Positions 1-14,670 of a stretch of 64,000 nt of DNA are shown here, piece after piece; position 1 is the stretch's first letter, and the number at the start of each line of letters is the position of its first letter. Below the pieces are notes generated by a model that was given only the letters and a program-made list of their open reading frames with translations, searched no databases and was not told the DNA's origin. The translations under genes and the position numbers were made by a program. Location of the stretch: NCBI RefSeq assembly GCF_006345805.1, contig NC_043003.1:2542001-2606000 (forward strand), given 5' to 3'. This stretch comes from Octopus sinensis. Taxonomy: Eukaryota.

Positions 1-564
1 CCACCTAGGGAAGCTCTTCAGTTTGCCGTGCCACTAGCCCTCTAAACAAGCTTATAGCAGATACAAAAATGGCCTGGACCGTTCTCTTCTCTTCCGCACA
101 GCTATGCTGCTGATTTCAGAGGTTCCTGAAGCGATTAGCTACGATATTCTAGGCTTACCTGTTACCAAGCAATGACTCGCTCGCAAGTGACGGCCACACA
201 TTTTATGCTTTTATTTTAAACTTGTGACTCAGTTTTTACATGAATCGGATCTCATATTGTTAAACCACGTGGTGAATATCTTTCTGGACTTCGGCCACGC
301 CGGGGCCCCACCTTGAAGGGTTTCAGTCGAATAAATCGACCCTTTTACTTTTTTTTTAAGACTGATATTTATTCTATCGATCTCTGTTGCCGAATCGCTT
401 ACTTACGAGATGTAAACAGACCAACATCGGTTGTTATGGGTCACTCACAGACACACGCGCGCGCAACGGGTTTCAGCACAGATTCCATCAGCCACATTCG
501 CTTACAAGGCAATGGTCAGTCCGGGTCTATATTTAAAATTTCATACATTAACGAAATGTTTTAC

Positions 565-1045
565 AGCAGGAGTCGTCAACCACCGGGCCGCAGATTTTTA
601 GGGGGGGGGGGGGGGCATGGAGCATTTGGTACCGAACCCCGCAGGTAGAACAAATTTTGCTTCTATTTTCTTTTTTATATTTTACCAGTGCAGTTTGCAG
701 GGTGTTTTTGCGGTTACATATGGAATAATTAAGGTGGCGAACTGACAGAATCGTTACCTTTCCGAACAAAATGCTTAGCGACATCTCGTCCGTCTTTACG
801 TTCTGAACTCAGATTCTGCCGAGGACGACCTTATTTCTTATCCTTTCGGGGTCGATGCAATCGACTTAGCTCCTGCCTCGAAATTGCTGGCCTTGTGCCA
901 AAATCTGAAACTAATTTACATGTAATAATTAAATCACATGTTTTTCAATTTACTTTGTTTTGTTATGCGCGTGATTCCAGGTCCATGGAAAAAATGTCGT
1001 CTGGCATAAAACGGTTCTGCGGTGCCAAAAAGTTTGAGGACTGAT
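565..1045 (+). mobile_element. hAT/Charlie-like MITE remnant interrupted by a SINE fragment (731-911)
   Basis: Starts CAGGAGTCGTCAAC; ends ...GGTGCCAAAAAGTTTGAGGACTGATG. Both resemble hAT-Charlie termini and are degenerate. Confidence 0.4.
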
Positions 1046-2074
1046 GTTTCACATGATAGCAACAGAAACCAGCTCAGTAACTTTGATTGTACAGGGTGAC
1101 AACACTAAGCAGTTATGTGTAGAAATACAAACTTGTTTCCAGTTCAAATACGCTTGCGATTATAATCGGAAGACATTCACTGTATTTTGTAACGGAGAAA
1201 ATTTCTCACCGTGAACAAACAGGCGTAAATACACCTGGTCAACCCCACAACGGTCCCTGAAAGACATTTTCGAGTGGTTATCTTCTCTTCTGTAACAGAG
1301 ATCGGAAAGGCTGACGCTGCGAACTGAAACGAGAGACAAGTCGCTCTCATGATCGTCTGGTCATCATCCAATGGCGACATTCAGCGGTTAACCGTGAATA
1401 AAATACAGGATGACAGCGCCGAGCGGTGATGTTCATAAATACAAACTCGTTACCTATTCAAATATACTTGGGGAATATTCGAAGCCGCGAGAAAACCATT
1501 CATTATGTTTTATCATAGAGAGAATTTCACAGCTGCGAATACACCAATTCAGCTTGCAGCGGCCCCTAACTTTTGGATGCGTGCATTTCGAAGTGGCTGG
1601 GTTCGAATATGCGTCAAGCACATTTGAAGTGGTAACAAAGTGTGTATTGCGACTGTACTGTCTTAATACTGGAATGTATCTAGGTCAGGGCCGTTCTCTG
1701 TGCTAAACAGATACTGAACTAGACTCTGTTTTGTATATAAGCTGACTTTAACCCGTTTAATAAACAATAGGTACTTAAGTTTCAGGTCATACCATGTAAC
1801 ATCATATCAAAAGCAAAATTATAATCTCAGCAAAATAGTTAAAAACAGATAAATATATGAACAGGTAAACAGGTAGACTTCTGATTATATAACGGTGGTG
1901 TTGTTAGGGCCATGATAAAGCAAATATCGAATAGAAAAATAAAGATAATTTTAACAACGAAAGAATTTTTATTGTATTTGAAAAAAAGACGTTTAACGGA
2001 AAACATGTTGAAATATAATATATAATATAATATAATATTTTATACATACATACATACATATATATATATATAAT

Positions 2075-2137
<63 letters not shown>

Positions 2138-2178
2138 ATATATTCCGTAATTAACCATTTATGTTTAATCTCAGTAAA

Positions 2179-2264
<86 letters not shown>

Positions 2265-2888
2265 ATATTTCGGAATGGTCATCTTGCCAGTTTAGCCAAT
2301 AAAAACACACGCACTATATATTTGGTGTTATTTTGCTCAGTGTTATTTATTTTTTACATTAATCTTAATCTTATTCGGCCACAGTTCTTTCGTCACACTC
2401 TGTGACCGCATCAGTGTCCTTTGTTTTCTTCTTTCTTATTTGTGTTCTCTCCTTACTAACCGTCAGCCATTTGTTATTTCTATTGTATGTTTTCATTTGC
2501 GCATGCTTATATCTCTATGTGCGTCTATGTTTATTTAGTTGTGTATGTGGGGGGATGCCTGTAATATTTGTATCTTCTGTTTATATACGTTCATGTAATT
2601 TGTATTTTGTTTTTGTTGTTGTTGTTTTTGTTTATTCTTATTTTGTTCATGTGTTTACGTCCACTTATTATTATCATTACACATGCTTGTATGTATGTAT
2701 GTATGTATGTATGTATGTATGTATGTATGTATGTATGTATGTATGTATGTATGTATGCATGTATGTATAACAACAATACTAGTAATAATAATAATAAATC
2801 GAATCGAAAAAAAAAATATATATATAGTTATTTATTTCTATTTGTTTATTTATCTGTGTATTTATTATGTTTTCAGGATCCTCTATCG

Positions 2889-3806
2889 TCATATGTTGTG
2901 GTGTGTGCTAGCGCTCCATTCTAGTTTCCTATTCAGGCTAGGTTTATCTTCTATTATGTGTGTAGCTTCTGTAATTTGTCTGATTGTTGCATCTGTTCTA
3001 TGTGTGGACAATATTTTAATTTCTATGTTATTGATTGATCCCCCGTGTTCCTGTTCGGCGTGTTGGTACATAATCGATGAGCTTTTACCTTCCTTGAGTT
3101 GTCTCCAATGCCCATTTACCCGCTCTCCTATGCTTCTTGCCGTTTCCCCTACGTATGTCGTTGTTTTGTTACTGCATCGTCCCTCTATACATCTTATACT
3201 ATAGACTACATTTCTGGCTTTACAGTTTGTTTGTGGGCTAAATCTACATACAGTACAGTACTTATCCGTACAGGGGGTTCTACTAAAAGGATAGGTTCTA
3301 CCAATTATAGATTTGATAGGGTTGCCTGCCTTTTCAACAACCTTAATTCTTAGCTTAAGTTTGTCTAGGGTCCTTCTAAAGCGGTACGCCAGTTCACCTC
3401 CAGGGGTGGTGTCAACGAACATGACACTCTGGTATTTATGGCTATCATACCAAGAGTTGGCCTTCCCTATTTTCTTTTTTGTCCTTTCTATAGTGTTCCA
3501 TGACTTGTTTCTATAGAGTGGGCAAATCCCATTCCTATCATTACATAATATATTATCAAATTTCTTCATGGCTCCTTTGTATACTCTGATCTTTTCTTTA
3601 TAGCTGTAACCTGAGAACTGCATGCGGTGAATGAAATATTGTATGTGTCTCTTTAACTCTGTGGTCTCGCACATGCGTGACACATTTCTCATTATTCTGA
3701 CGAGGTCTGCCATCAAAATATTGAATTTGGCATTGTCCGCAATGGCTGAGTTCCGGTGGACCAAGTATTTAGAGGCCATAGGTTTGGCATAGTATGAATG
3801 AAGGAT
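2889..3806 (-). mobile_element. Penelope-like element, 5'-truncated: RT thumb, Cys-rich linker, GIY-YIG endonuclease
   Basis: About 300 aa uninterrupted: YAKPMASKYLVHRNSA (thumb), PCTDKYCTVC linker, NVVYSIRC...TYVGETARSIGERVNGH (GIY-YIG), HAEQEH, RQITEA. Confidence 0.9.
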
Positions 3807-3989
3807 ACACATATATACACATATATACATGCACTAGCACTATGACCCGGAAACGACGGGTCTTTAATGCTAGTTTATCGATAAAATAATATGTTACAAT
3901 TATTCAATAGTCAAGATATATATATCTTGACTATTATTCAATTAATTCAATAGTCAAATTATATGTATATATATATATATATTATATAT

Positions 3990-4047
<58 letters not shown>

Positions 4048-4049
4048 AT

Positions 4050-4105
<56 letters not shown>

Positions 4106-4123
4106 ATATATATATATATATAT

Positions 4124-4947
4124 TGTTGTGGTTCAATTTGAGGACAGTTGACGGCGACCTACTTTTGGCAATGAATCCATTGTTCTGCCAGATGCGGGTT
4201 GATTAATTAGCTCTGGGGAAACTCCCCGACCCTTTCAGGTGAATTAGAGTTCAGTTTGTGAGAGACAGTGAGAGAAATGTTGAGGGGCTGAGGAAGACAG
4301 ATTAAGGAATCCGAGGAGCTGACAAGCGAGAGAATGATAGAGAATGTGAAAGAGGAAGACAGGCAGAGAGTATTACAGAGCTAAGAGAGAGGGAGATTAC
4401 GACAGAGAGATTGGGGTAGTGACAAGGCAGTCGAGGACAGAGCAAGTGAGGATTTAGCAGTCGGTATTTGGGAGTCAAGGCGAGCAGTTGGCAGTTGGAT
4501 TTGGCAGTCAGGATTTGGTATTCGAGGTAAGCGGTTGGCGGTTGGATTTAGCAGTGCTAAGAGAGATGAACCACAATGTGAGACATTGGCTGATGTAACG
4601 GTACGTGAATTGTTGTATTGATATGTGTTATAAAGGCTGGAAAAGAAATGAGACAGTAAAAAGAACAATGTGAACTGTGTTGATATGTGTTACAGAACTG
4701 TTAAAGAAAGAGAGAGACTCTGTTGTAGTCTTTAATGAACATTGAACTGTATATGCCTTTAATGTCCTTTGAACTGTAACGTTAATGTGATTTGAAACAG
4801 AACTGTTGTCTCCGGACTGTATAATGTATTGACTTGTTGTTTAATTCGACGTGTACTCTTTAAATGCTGTTGTTATTGCATTTGATGTGTTGTTACTTGC
4901 ATGTATTTCCTCTTTGATGTATCTGATATGTATTTGATGTTGTAACA
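4124..4947 (-). mobile_element. Solo-LTR-like element
   Basis: Non-repetitive 824-bp block beside a (TA)n tract, with TGTT...AACA termini; no clean TSD. Confidence 0.45.
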
Positions 4948-5156
4948 ATTATTTAGTGTTATAAACTAGTACGTTAAATATGTAAGCCAATTGCCTTCAG
5001 CTGTGTCTCTCTCGATTGTCTCTGTGTCTCTTCCTGCTGCTGTCGTTGTAATTGTTGTCTCTCTCACCTCTCCGAGTTTCCGTGGCGAACATTCCCTGAT
5101 CGATCGGGCCTGTGTGAGGGATTCCGTAACAGCTTTCGTTCGGGGGCCCCGTAACA

Positions 5157-5182
<26 letters not shown>

Positions 5183-5188
<6 letters not shown>

Positions 5189-5490
5189 ATCACGTGACCG
5201 ACCGGACCATCAGATATTGTTACACATCGCTGGTCACAATGCGTTCGCATTGTTTTTTTTAGCCTTCGAATGACGCCACCCCGCTGGCCAAGCGAGCAGG
5301 CCAACAGAAGAAAGAGTGGGAGAAAGAGTGGTGAAAGAGTACAGCAGGGATCACCACCCCCTGCCGGGGCCTCGTGGAGCTTTTAGGTGTGTTCGCTCAA
5401 TAAACACTCACAACGCCCGGTCTGGGAATCGAAACCGCGATCCTGCGACCGCGAGTCCGCTGCCCTAACCACTAAGCCATTGCGCCTCCA
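5183..5490 (-). mobile_element. tRNA-derived SINE
   Basis: Minus strand begins GGAGGCGCAATGGCTTAGTGGTTAGGGC (A box)...GGTTTCGATTCC (B box); body is not tRNA. Confidence 0.8.
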
Positions 5491-5496
5491 CACACA

Positions 5497-5557
<61 letters not shown>

Positions 5558-5647
5558 TATTATATATATATATTATGTGTGTGTGTATCTATCTGTATAT
5601 GTATATCTATCTATCTGTCTGTCTGTCTGTCTGTATATATATATCTT

Positions 5648-6012
5648 TTGTTTCAGTCATTTGACTGCGGCCATGCTGGAGCACCGCCTTTAGTCGAGCA
5701 AGTACTTATTGTATCGGTCTCTTTGCCGAGTTTATGTCCCCGACTTTACGGGGACATAAACTCACCAGCATCGGTTGTCAAGCGATGTTGGGGGGACAAA
5801 CACAGACACACAAACACACACATATATATAGATACATATACATAAATACGACGGACTTCTTTCAATTTCCGTCTACCAAATCCACTCACAAGGCTTTGGT
5901 CGGCCCGCGGCTATAGTAGAAGACACTTGCCCAAAGTGCCACGCAGTAGGATTGAACCCGGAACCATGTGGTTGGTAAGCAAGCTACTTACCACACAGCC
6001 ACTCCTGCGCCT
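5648..6012 (-). mobile_element. tRNA-derived SINE family B (other copies about 15090-15490+, 15712-15905-, 19690-19848-, 24373-24770+, 56643-57012-, 60468-60585-)
   Basis: A/B-box head (GTGGCTGTGTGGTAAG...GGTTCAATCC) and a conserved body ending GCATGGCCGCAGTCAAATGACTGAAA, repeated across the window. Confidence 0.85.
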
Positions 6013-6153
6013 ATATATATATATATACAAGATAATACATTGCATCGCAATCATTAACATTTATGTATTAACTTTGTTGGGTACTTCACTAGCAGTATAT
6101 TGGATATATGTTATCCCATGGAGGGTTGCATTTACAACCCCTATCTCAATTTG

Positions 6154-6245
<92 letters not shown>

Positions 6246-6271
6246 TACACACACATACATATACATATATA

Positions 6272-6527
6272 TCGGGTTGGTGCATAATTACCGGGGGTTT
6301 TTTTTTTTCAACTAATTTTATTCAACAAAAACAATAACAATATTCAACAAAAACATCTTTAAATGATAGTCTGACCGTCTGCCAAGCAAATGGGAAGCAG
6401 TAATTGAAGTGGATGGTGAATATGCCTCCAGAATAATAATTTAAAGATGTTTTTCTTACATGTTGCTATTGTTTTTGCTCAATAAAATTTATTGGAAAAA
6501 GTTGCAATAATTATGCACCAACCCCTT
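6272..6527. mobile_element. Tc1/mariner-type MITE
   Basis: TIRs GGGTTGGTGCATAATTA (6274-6290) and TAATTATGCACCAACCC (6508-6524), in TA context; similar to mariner TIRs. Confidence 0.75.
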
Positions 6528-6558
6528 ATATACATACATACATACATACATACATACA

Positions 6559-6673
<115 letters not shown>

Positions 6674-6862
6674 CACACACACACGTTTATTCGTGTTTTG
6701 CAAGCTTCCTGTGAAATCGTGTATTGAAACAGATGTATGTAGAAATAAATGGTGCGTGTGTTTATTTGGCGAGAAAAAAAATGACCATATCGAAATGCAA
6801 TAATTTTTTTTCCGTAGTCGTTTTAGCTCAGAGCTGCGGCCATGCTTATGCACTGCGGTTAT

Positions 6863-6900
<38 letters not shown>

Positions 6901-6915
6901 AATAAATATATAATC

Positions 6916-6948
<33 letters not shown>

Positions 6949-7047
6949 TATATATTATATATGTAGGTCCCGGGTTGATTCGGGGTTAACCACAGTAAAT
7001 AAGGTACTCAATACATAGCAGAGTAAAATTAATTATTATATAGAAGG

Positions 7048-7098
7048 AGCTTCTACAGGACTAGAACTGTTTCATTCAAGAGAAATCTTCAGGAAGCT
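7048..7098 (-). ncRNA. Type I hammerhead ribozyme motif within a PLE-terminal-repeat-like element (about 6961-7345)
   Basis: AGCTTC CTGAAGA TTTC-TCTT-GAAT GAAA CAG-TTCTAGTC-CTG TA GAAGCT: intact core, 6-bp stem I, 4-bp stem III, GUA triplet, U-U at the base of stem II. Confidence 0.75.
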
Positions 7099-7704
7099 AG
7101 TTAACAAGAATTGTATGGCATTTATACATTTAGGCAGGTTTAAAGGGGTGTTGGTGGGGGACTTTTTGGGGGTAGGCATAGCGCAAAATATCATACTTGG
7201 GGGAGTGGTCAAGGAGTCAGTGTTAAATTAGATAGAAGAATAAATAAAAAAATAAAAAAATAAATAAAAAAATAATAAAAATCTATATATAAAAAAAAGG
7301 GGAATAGAGTTTTAGGTAAATAAGGAGATTCTCACTTATACCTATGCACACATGTATACATACATACACACACATACAAACCTATATACATATACATACA
7401 CACATACATACACACACATATATACATATATATACACTTAACATACACATACATATACATATCTACACATACACATATATGTATACATACACACACTCAC
7501 ATGCATACACGTATACACACATGTATATATACCACAAGACCACACATACATATACGCACAGAAAAATATATATACACATACACACACATACTCACATACA
7601 CGCATACACACACATATCCACACACACACATGCACACACAGCACACTAGTCCCTATTACACATATATACACATACACACACATATACACACACATACATA
7701 CTAT

Positions 7705-7751
<47 letters not shown>

Positions 7752-8247
7752 ATATATACATATACATATGTGTACCTATGCATACCTAACATACACACAT
7801 ATATATACACATACAAATACAGACCCATTCCCTAATTTTAATTTTATTATCTTCGTTTATTACTTTTGTTATCTTTGGCCGCTTGGTCACAAACATCTTG
7901 GCTATGACAGCCAGTCCATTTATCTGTCTACTGGAAAACAAGCACTCATTCACTCACGCACACTCTTTAGCACGTACACTCACTCATCGTACACTCATAC
8001 ACATACACGCACGCACGCGTTATATTCATACATACATACATCTACATACATTCACGTATATACACATACGTACGCGTACCTACAGATTCATGTCTACACT
8101 CTTAGAAGGCTAGTCTATATATATACACCAATAAATAAAATACACACACATACATATACACCTACATACAAATACATACATGTATATATATATATATCTA
8201 TATATATATTATATATATATATATATTATATTCACATATATATACAC

Positions 8248-8279
<32 letters not shown>

Positions 8280-8619
8280 GCATACACACACATATACATA
8301 TATATACACTACACGCACATACACATGTACATGTGCGTACCCCATACACACACACCACACACACGCGCGCATCCATATATACACATAAGTACACACATGC
8401 GTAAAAGTATACATATATCTATGCTTACACATACACACACACACACGCGCCTCCTTATATTCATACTTACATGCATACTCAAAAAATAAGTAAATAGTAA
8501 AATATATACGCGCAGTTATTCGTACTGCATACTCAAAAAATAAATAATAATATTAAGTATATGTACGTGCAGTTACCTATTATATAGACGGATACATACA
8601 TATAAACTACCCACACACA

Positions 8620-8696
<77 letters not shown>

Positions 8697-9199
8697 TACA
8701 CATACACATACACATACATATATACATACATATATAATATAACACCACCACACATACACATACATATATACATATCTATACATACTTACACACATGTACA
8801 TATAAATACACACATAGATAACTCTACGTACCTACATATACATAAAACACGAGCGTACGCGTATATGTACATTACACATACACCATACACACGCATATAT
8901 ATACATACATACATACACATACACACAGGTATACACACACACACATATACACATATATATACATACACATATACATACATATATATTATATACATATATA
9001 TATACACATATACCTTACATATACACATACACACACATATATACATGTGTGCAAAAAACATACATACATTCTCATACAAGCACACACACTTACATTTACA
9101 TATATACACACACTTACACACATATGTTTACATACACATATACATACATACATACATACATACGTATATGCATACATACACACACACACACATACATAT

Positions 9200-10632
9200 A
9201 TGCTTTTTAGCAACTGCCATTTGGTGCATGAGAGAGTTCGATGCAGCTGCCCTCATCTGCACCTCCTGCCGTGAAGTTGGTTCATCTGGGATACCTGACA
9301 AGAAGAGATCCAGTCCCATTTTAAAGACATCTGCATCCACCCCATGCAAGTCTCTTAGGTTCCTCGGAAGCCCAGGCTATCACAGTATCTTGTCCTACAT
9401 CTTGATGGCAAATTTGGAGTCCTAGGCACCACGCAGTGGCGCCCAGTTCTGGCATTTGTGTAACTCTCGATGCCAAAGTTTGGGACAAGTCCCTCCAGGA
9501 TCTTCCAGATGTATATTATGGCATATCTTTCTCGCCTACGCTCCAAGGAATAGAGTCTCAATCTCTTGAGTCTTTCCCAGTAGTTTATATTCTGCACAGA
9601 GGCTATCTTCTTCGTGTAGCTACGTTGGATCGCCTCAAGTTCTGTGATCAACTTGACACTGGATGGTGACCATAGCTGAGAGCAATAGTCAAAGTGGCTT
9701 AGGACAAGTGTCCTCAGAGGGACCATCATGGTTTCTTGTTCTTTGTTCTAAAGGTTCTAAGAATCCATCCGGCCAGTCGTCTACATTTCATTGCCAATTT
9801 AGCAACATGTACACGAAAGGTTGCGTCATCACTCATGTAAATACCCAGGTCACGCACTGATTGTGCCTCTGGGATTGCAATTCCTCCGGGTCCAGTGTAT
9901 TCATTGGGTATTGCATTTAGTTTTGCATGCTGATCGTATAAAGCTTGAAACTTTTCAGCATTGAACTGCATGCTATTCTTTTCAGCCACTTGTATATTTT
10001 GTCCAGCTCACATTGCAGGCGTTTAGTGTCCTCAGGGTTCTGTATTGCCTGTGAAACTTTTGTATCATCTGCATAACTTGTGATCGTGGCTCTGCGTGGC
10101 TGAGGGCATGTCTGAGAGGGCCATTATGAACAGTAGTGGTCCCAAAAACAGTGCCCTGCGGAACACCGCTCACTATTTGCGTGTTAATGGCTACTACCAC
10201 CTGACTTCTATCTTTCAGAAAGTCATGAAGCCATTCTCCCAGTTTTCCAACTATGCTAAGATCACGCAGTTTGTGACATATCATTCCATGATCGACTTTA
10301 TCAAAGGCCTTTGCAAAGTCGAGATATATCATTCCACATTTGAGTGGTTGAGCAGTCGTTTCAGCACCCAGTCATAGTGTTGTAGGAGCTGAGTTAAGCA
10401 GCTTCTCCTGGTCGGAAACCATGTTGGGTGTCAGGCAGCAGTCATTTTCTTCAAGGAAGGTGATCAGTTTCCTTCTGACTATTCGTTCCATGACCTTGCT
10501 GATGTGTGAGGTCAGAGAGATAGGTCTGTAGTTCTTGGCCTCCGCTCTGCTACCTCCTTTATGAATAGGGCATATTTTACCTTCCTTCAGTTTTCTTGGA
10601 AGTTGCCAGCTGCAAGGAAGCTCTGAAAGAGG
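9200..10632 (-). mobile_element. CR1-like LINE, degenerate RT and 3' end
   Basis: YLDFAKAFDKVDH, SGVPQG, YADDTK (shifted frame), LVLSHFDYCSQLWSP, YSLERRRERY; frameshifted. Confidence 0.9.
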
Positions 10633-10649
10633 AACTTATATATATATTA

Positions 10650-10691
<42 letters not shown>

Positions 10692-10754
10692 TATTATATA
10701 TATATATATGTGTGTGTGTGTGTATATATATATGTAATGTAATATATTATATCT

Positions 10755-10790
<36 letters not shown>

Positions 10791-10791
10791 C

Positions 10792-10873
<82 letters not shown>

Positions 10874-10878
10874 GTGTG

Positions 10879-10919
<41 letters not shown>

Positions 10920-12109
10920 ATCTTGCAAGCATGAAGTGGATTCGATCCACCATAGCCAAATTTAAATTAGCACTTCAACAGAACTTTTCTCACGGTGGAA
11001 CAATGGTTTTTTCCTGTGACACCAGTTTTACATTTTCCAGATGCCTTTAGCTAGGCCGAAATAATGTATTCACCACTTGACCCTTTCTAACCTCTTCTAC
11101 TTCACCAAAAGCTAGAATTAAGATAACAAGACCACCAACTAAATCTATTGTTCTCAACAATATGTCTATCCTTCTGGATTGTTATAAAAGCAAGAACCCC
11201 AAGCAAAAATCAGTTAGTCACTTTGGTGGCAACTCGTGAGTTGAGAGAGAGCTAACATCAGTTAGTTAACCGACCACTAGAATCAAAGAAGAAGGCAGAC
11301 AAACGGCCAGAATGAAAAAGAACGACAACGTCCCACACTCCCTCACTCTCACTAGCTCCAATTCTGTTCTCTTACAATATCATTCTATTTTCCTTTGTAA
11401 TTACTACTAAACAATGACGAGAACACAAACACAAGCTATGTAATGAAAATCTATCTTTACTTTGCATGCTTTACGATTTTATCACCTGCCCGTCGAGGCA
11501 ATGTATTATATTCAATGTAACGGTAAATAGTTTCTTCACAACTTCAATCACTGTTCTTTCATCTTTACATAATGGCTATCAACGAAACAGATCACATCCA
11601 TCCTGCTGTGTATCGACTACCGTTTTTCACATTATCGTTATACAAACTTAATTTCGACCGTTACATATATATACATATGTGTGCTTTTGAGAATTTGTTT
11701 GGCTATTTTGGACTGCTTTTTACTTTTGATGATTTGGTAGGTTTCTAGAATTATTTTCATTTTTTCATCTTCAAGTAGAATGGGGAGTTTTTTTTTTTTT
11801 TGTGGACGAGGTCAAATATTTCAGTGTTTCTGGGGTTAAAGGTAGAGACATATGGTCTAAATATTTTTCTTTGATTTTATTTTAGTTTTCCTTAGTTCTT
11901 GGCTATCCATATGTTTTGTTCTGTCTATACCATTGGTGATGAAGCCTCGTGGGAGAGTCTTTGTTCACGTTTAGAAGGGTCTGACACTATTGTACAAATT
12001 CGTTTTACCAGGTTAAACGGAATATTCAGCATGGTGTGTTTTGGGTGGCATGATGTGAATAGAAGGTGTTGTTTGGAGTCCATGGCTTGGATTCTTAACT
12101 CCTCTTCAA

Positions 12110-12148
<39 letters not shown>

Positions 12149-12153
12149 CTCTC

Positions 12154-12279
<126 letters not shown>

Positions 12280-12329
12280 AATATATACATTCATATATGT
12301 ACACACACACACACACACACATATGTATA

Positions 12330-12863
12330 TGTAAGCGACGGAGTGCCAGATGTGTACGTATGTGATGCATAACGGGAAAAGAAGCAGCAAATGATAAGAT
12401 TTGGGTGAGTTGAATCAGCAACGATTTATTGCACTCGTTATAGAATACAATTGCCAAAAGAGAGAGGTGATTATGCTTCAGTCTGAAACAAGGGTTCGGT
12501 TCTGCTGGGTCTGTTGATGTGACTGTGGTCTGCTGTCTGTTGCGGTGACGATGAAGACTGGAGCAAGGCTGGCCGAAGAAAGCCGTGAGACGTGGTGGGC
12601 GTGGGCGTTGGCTACTGCCAAAGACCGACGGAAGCAGAATAAAAGGGTTTTTATAACCTTCGGTTGGCTCCAGAGACAAAGAGGTCTTTCACGCGTTGAA
12701 AACAAACTGCTGCAAACACGCGATTGGACAGTTAGTAAGCGACCAATACATGCAACTAGTTTGGCAAGCCACTGGGTCATGTGACTCGGTGGAAAGAAAA
12801 GGTCTGTTGAGCCTATTCTACAGTATTTAAACTTGAACAACGAAACTTAATAAAACCATTACA
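12330..12863 (-). mobile_element. Solo-LTR-like element
   Basis: TGTAA...TTACA termini. On the minus strand TATAAAA (about 12650) precedes AATAAA (about 12427). No TSD seen. Confidence 0.55.
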
Positions 12864-12872
12864 CATTTCTGC

Positions 12873-12917
<45 letters not shown>

Positions 12918-12931
<14 letters not shown>

Positions 12932-13427
12932 CTAGTTGTGTGAGTGTCTGTCCCCTTCGATTTAGATTCCTAACTCCTCCTACATTTTGCGGTGCAGTTT
13001 AACCAAATTCGGGTATCTTATAGTCGTGATTCATATCGAGCCCGTCTGACTATTAGCGCGCCTCAACGATGAGTCTACGATTTTAAAAATAATTTAACAT
13101 CATTTTTTATTCCGTTTTAATGCATAAAATGCATCGTGTGTCGATGGCGGCGGAGTTGGCGTCCACGCTCACAGCTGCACTTGTTTGCTTCTCCCCCTTC
13201 CCTCCCTCGTGAAGCTGTGGGGAAGGGAGTGTAAAGAAATCAACGTCGTAATGCGTTGTGAAGGAGACCAGCGTTCTTTTAGAACAACGACTTCACGGCT
13301 TGAAGACACCAAAACAAAAATGGCTAAAAAAGCCCGAATTGGCATCTATAAGGGATGTAACTCTCTAAAAATGCTTATATAGTTATTTCCCTTACAAACC
13401 CGGGCAACGCCGGGCGATACTGCTAGT
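12918..13427 (-). mobile_element. Non-autonomous Helitron-like element
   Basis: Minus strand starts ACTAGCAGTATCGCCCGGCGTTGCCCGGG and ends in a GACAGACA...TTTTATATAT tail; same family as 63198-63577. Confidence 0.7.
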
Positions 13428-13930
13428 ATATATATAAATTTCTGTTGATTCACCGAGAATCATTAAATTACAGAACTCCATAAATATAGAGTGTTCTTTA
13501 ATTCATCATAACTATGGAAGGCCCGTAATTTCGCTATTTGAGTTTCACGTTTCCGTTCTTCCATTTCGTAATACGAACCTGTTTTCTCTTAGATTATCAG
13601 TTGTTTGAATATATTTTGAAATATCATACGAAAGTTATCAAGAAAGCATTTATCAATATGTTGTTTTGTTTTTTTAAATCGTGCGAATGATTCGAGCAAA
13701 AACGGCTGTTTTCAAGATCACGTTTTTCATTCAATTCTAGCTCAGGTGGAAAAACTTCAAGCAAGGAGGTCACTCTAAATACTATGGTCGTGAAATTTGT
13801 TGTTAAATAATATTTTAAAACTTTTTTCTTGACGACACTTCGAAATCAGCGTTTTTTTTTAACCCCCTGAAACGATCTGAAATTCAAGATGATTGGCACT
13901 TGTGTGGAATCCCATTGTACACGTATATAA

Positions 13931-13994
<64 letters not shown>

Positions 13995-14107
13995 GTGGGG
14001 GTATGTGTGTATATATGTGTATGTGTGTGGGTATGTGTGTGTGTGTATGTGTGTGTATATGTGTGTGTGTATGTGTGTGTGTGTATATATATGTGTGTGT
14101 GTGTATG

Positions 14108-14140
<33 letters not shown>

Positions 14141-14451
14141 ATGTGTGTGTGTGTGTATGTGTGTGTGTGTATATGTGTGTGTGTGTATGTGTGTATGTGT
14201 ATGTGTGTGTGTGTATGTGTGTGTGTGTTTGGCATTGTTCTACCAATCTGCCAACATCCTTTGACAACCGGTATGAGTTTCTTTACATCCTCCATGACAT
14301 GGCGGTTCGACAAAAGACACCGATGGAATAAATACTATACATTAAAAGATAAAAAAAAGGAGAAAAACACATGTATTGTTGTCGATTCGTTCGACTCACC
14401 CCGTCAGGATAGTGACCTCTCGCATGGTCGCCATCCAGTGACTGAAACCTA

Positions 14452-14670
14452 TTTCTTTACTACCCACAAGGGGCTAAACACAGAGAGGACAGACAAAGGG
14501 ATTAAGTCGATTACATCGACCTCAGGGCGTAACTGGTACTTAATTTATCGACCCCGAAAGGATGAAAGGCAAAGTCGACCTCGGCGGAATTTGAACTCAG
14601 AACGTAGCGGCGGACGAAATACCGCTAAGCATTTCGCCTGACGTGCTAACGTTTCTGCCAGCTCGCCGCC
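14452..14670 (-). mobile_element. SINE family A copy inserted into a family-B SINE
   Basis: Full head-to-tail family A sequence flanked by a 12-bp direct repeat GTGACTGAAACC. Confidence 0.85.

Noticed and set aside
2380-2420. Hammerhead next to the Penelope ORF
   Set aside because: A9 is replaced, there is no NUH triplet or stem III, and stem I is weak; a relic at best.
11443-11520. MKIYLYFACFTILSP... as a signal-peptide exon
   Set aside because: An in-frame stop precedes the nearest good donor (GGTAAAT).
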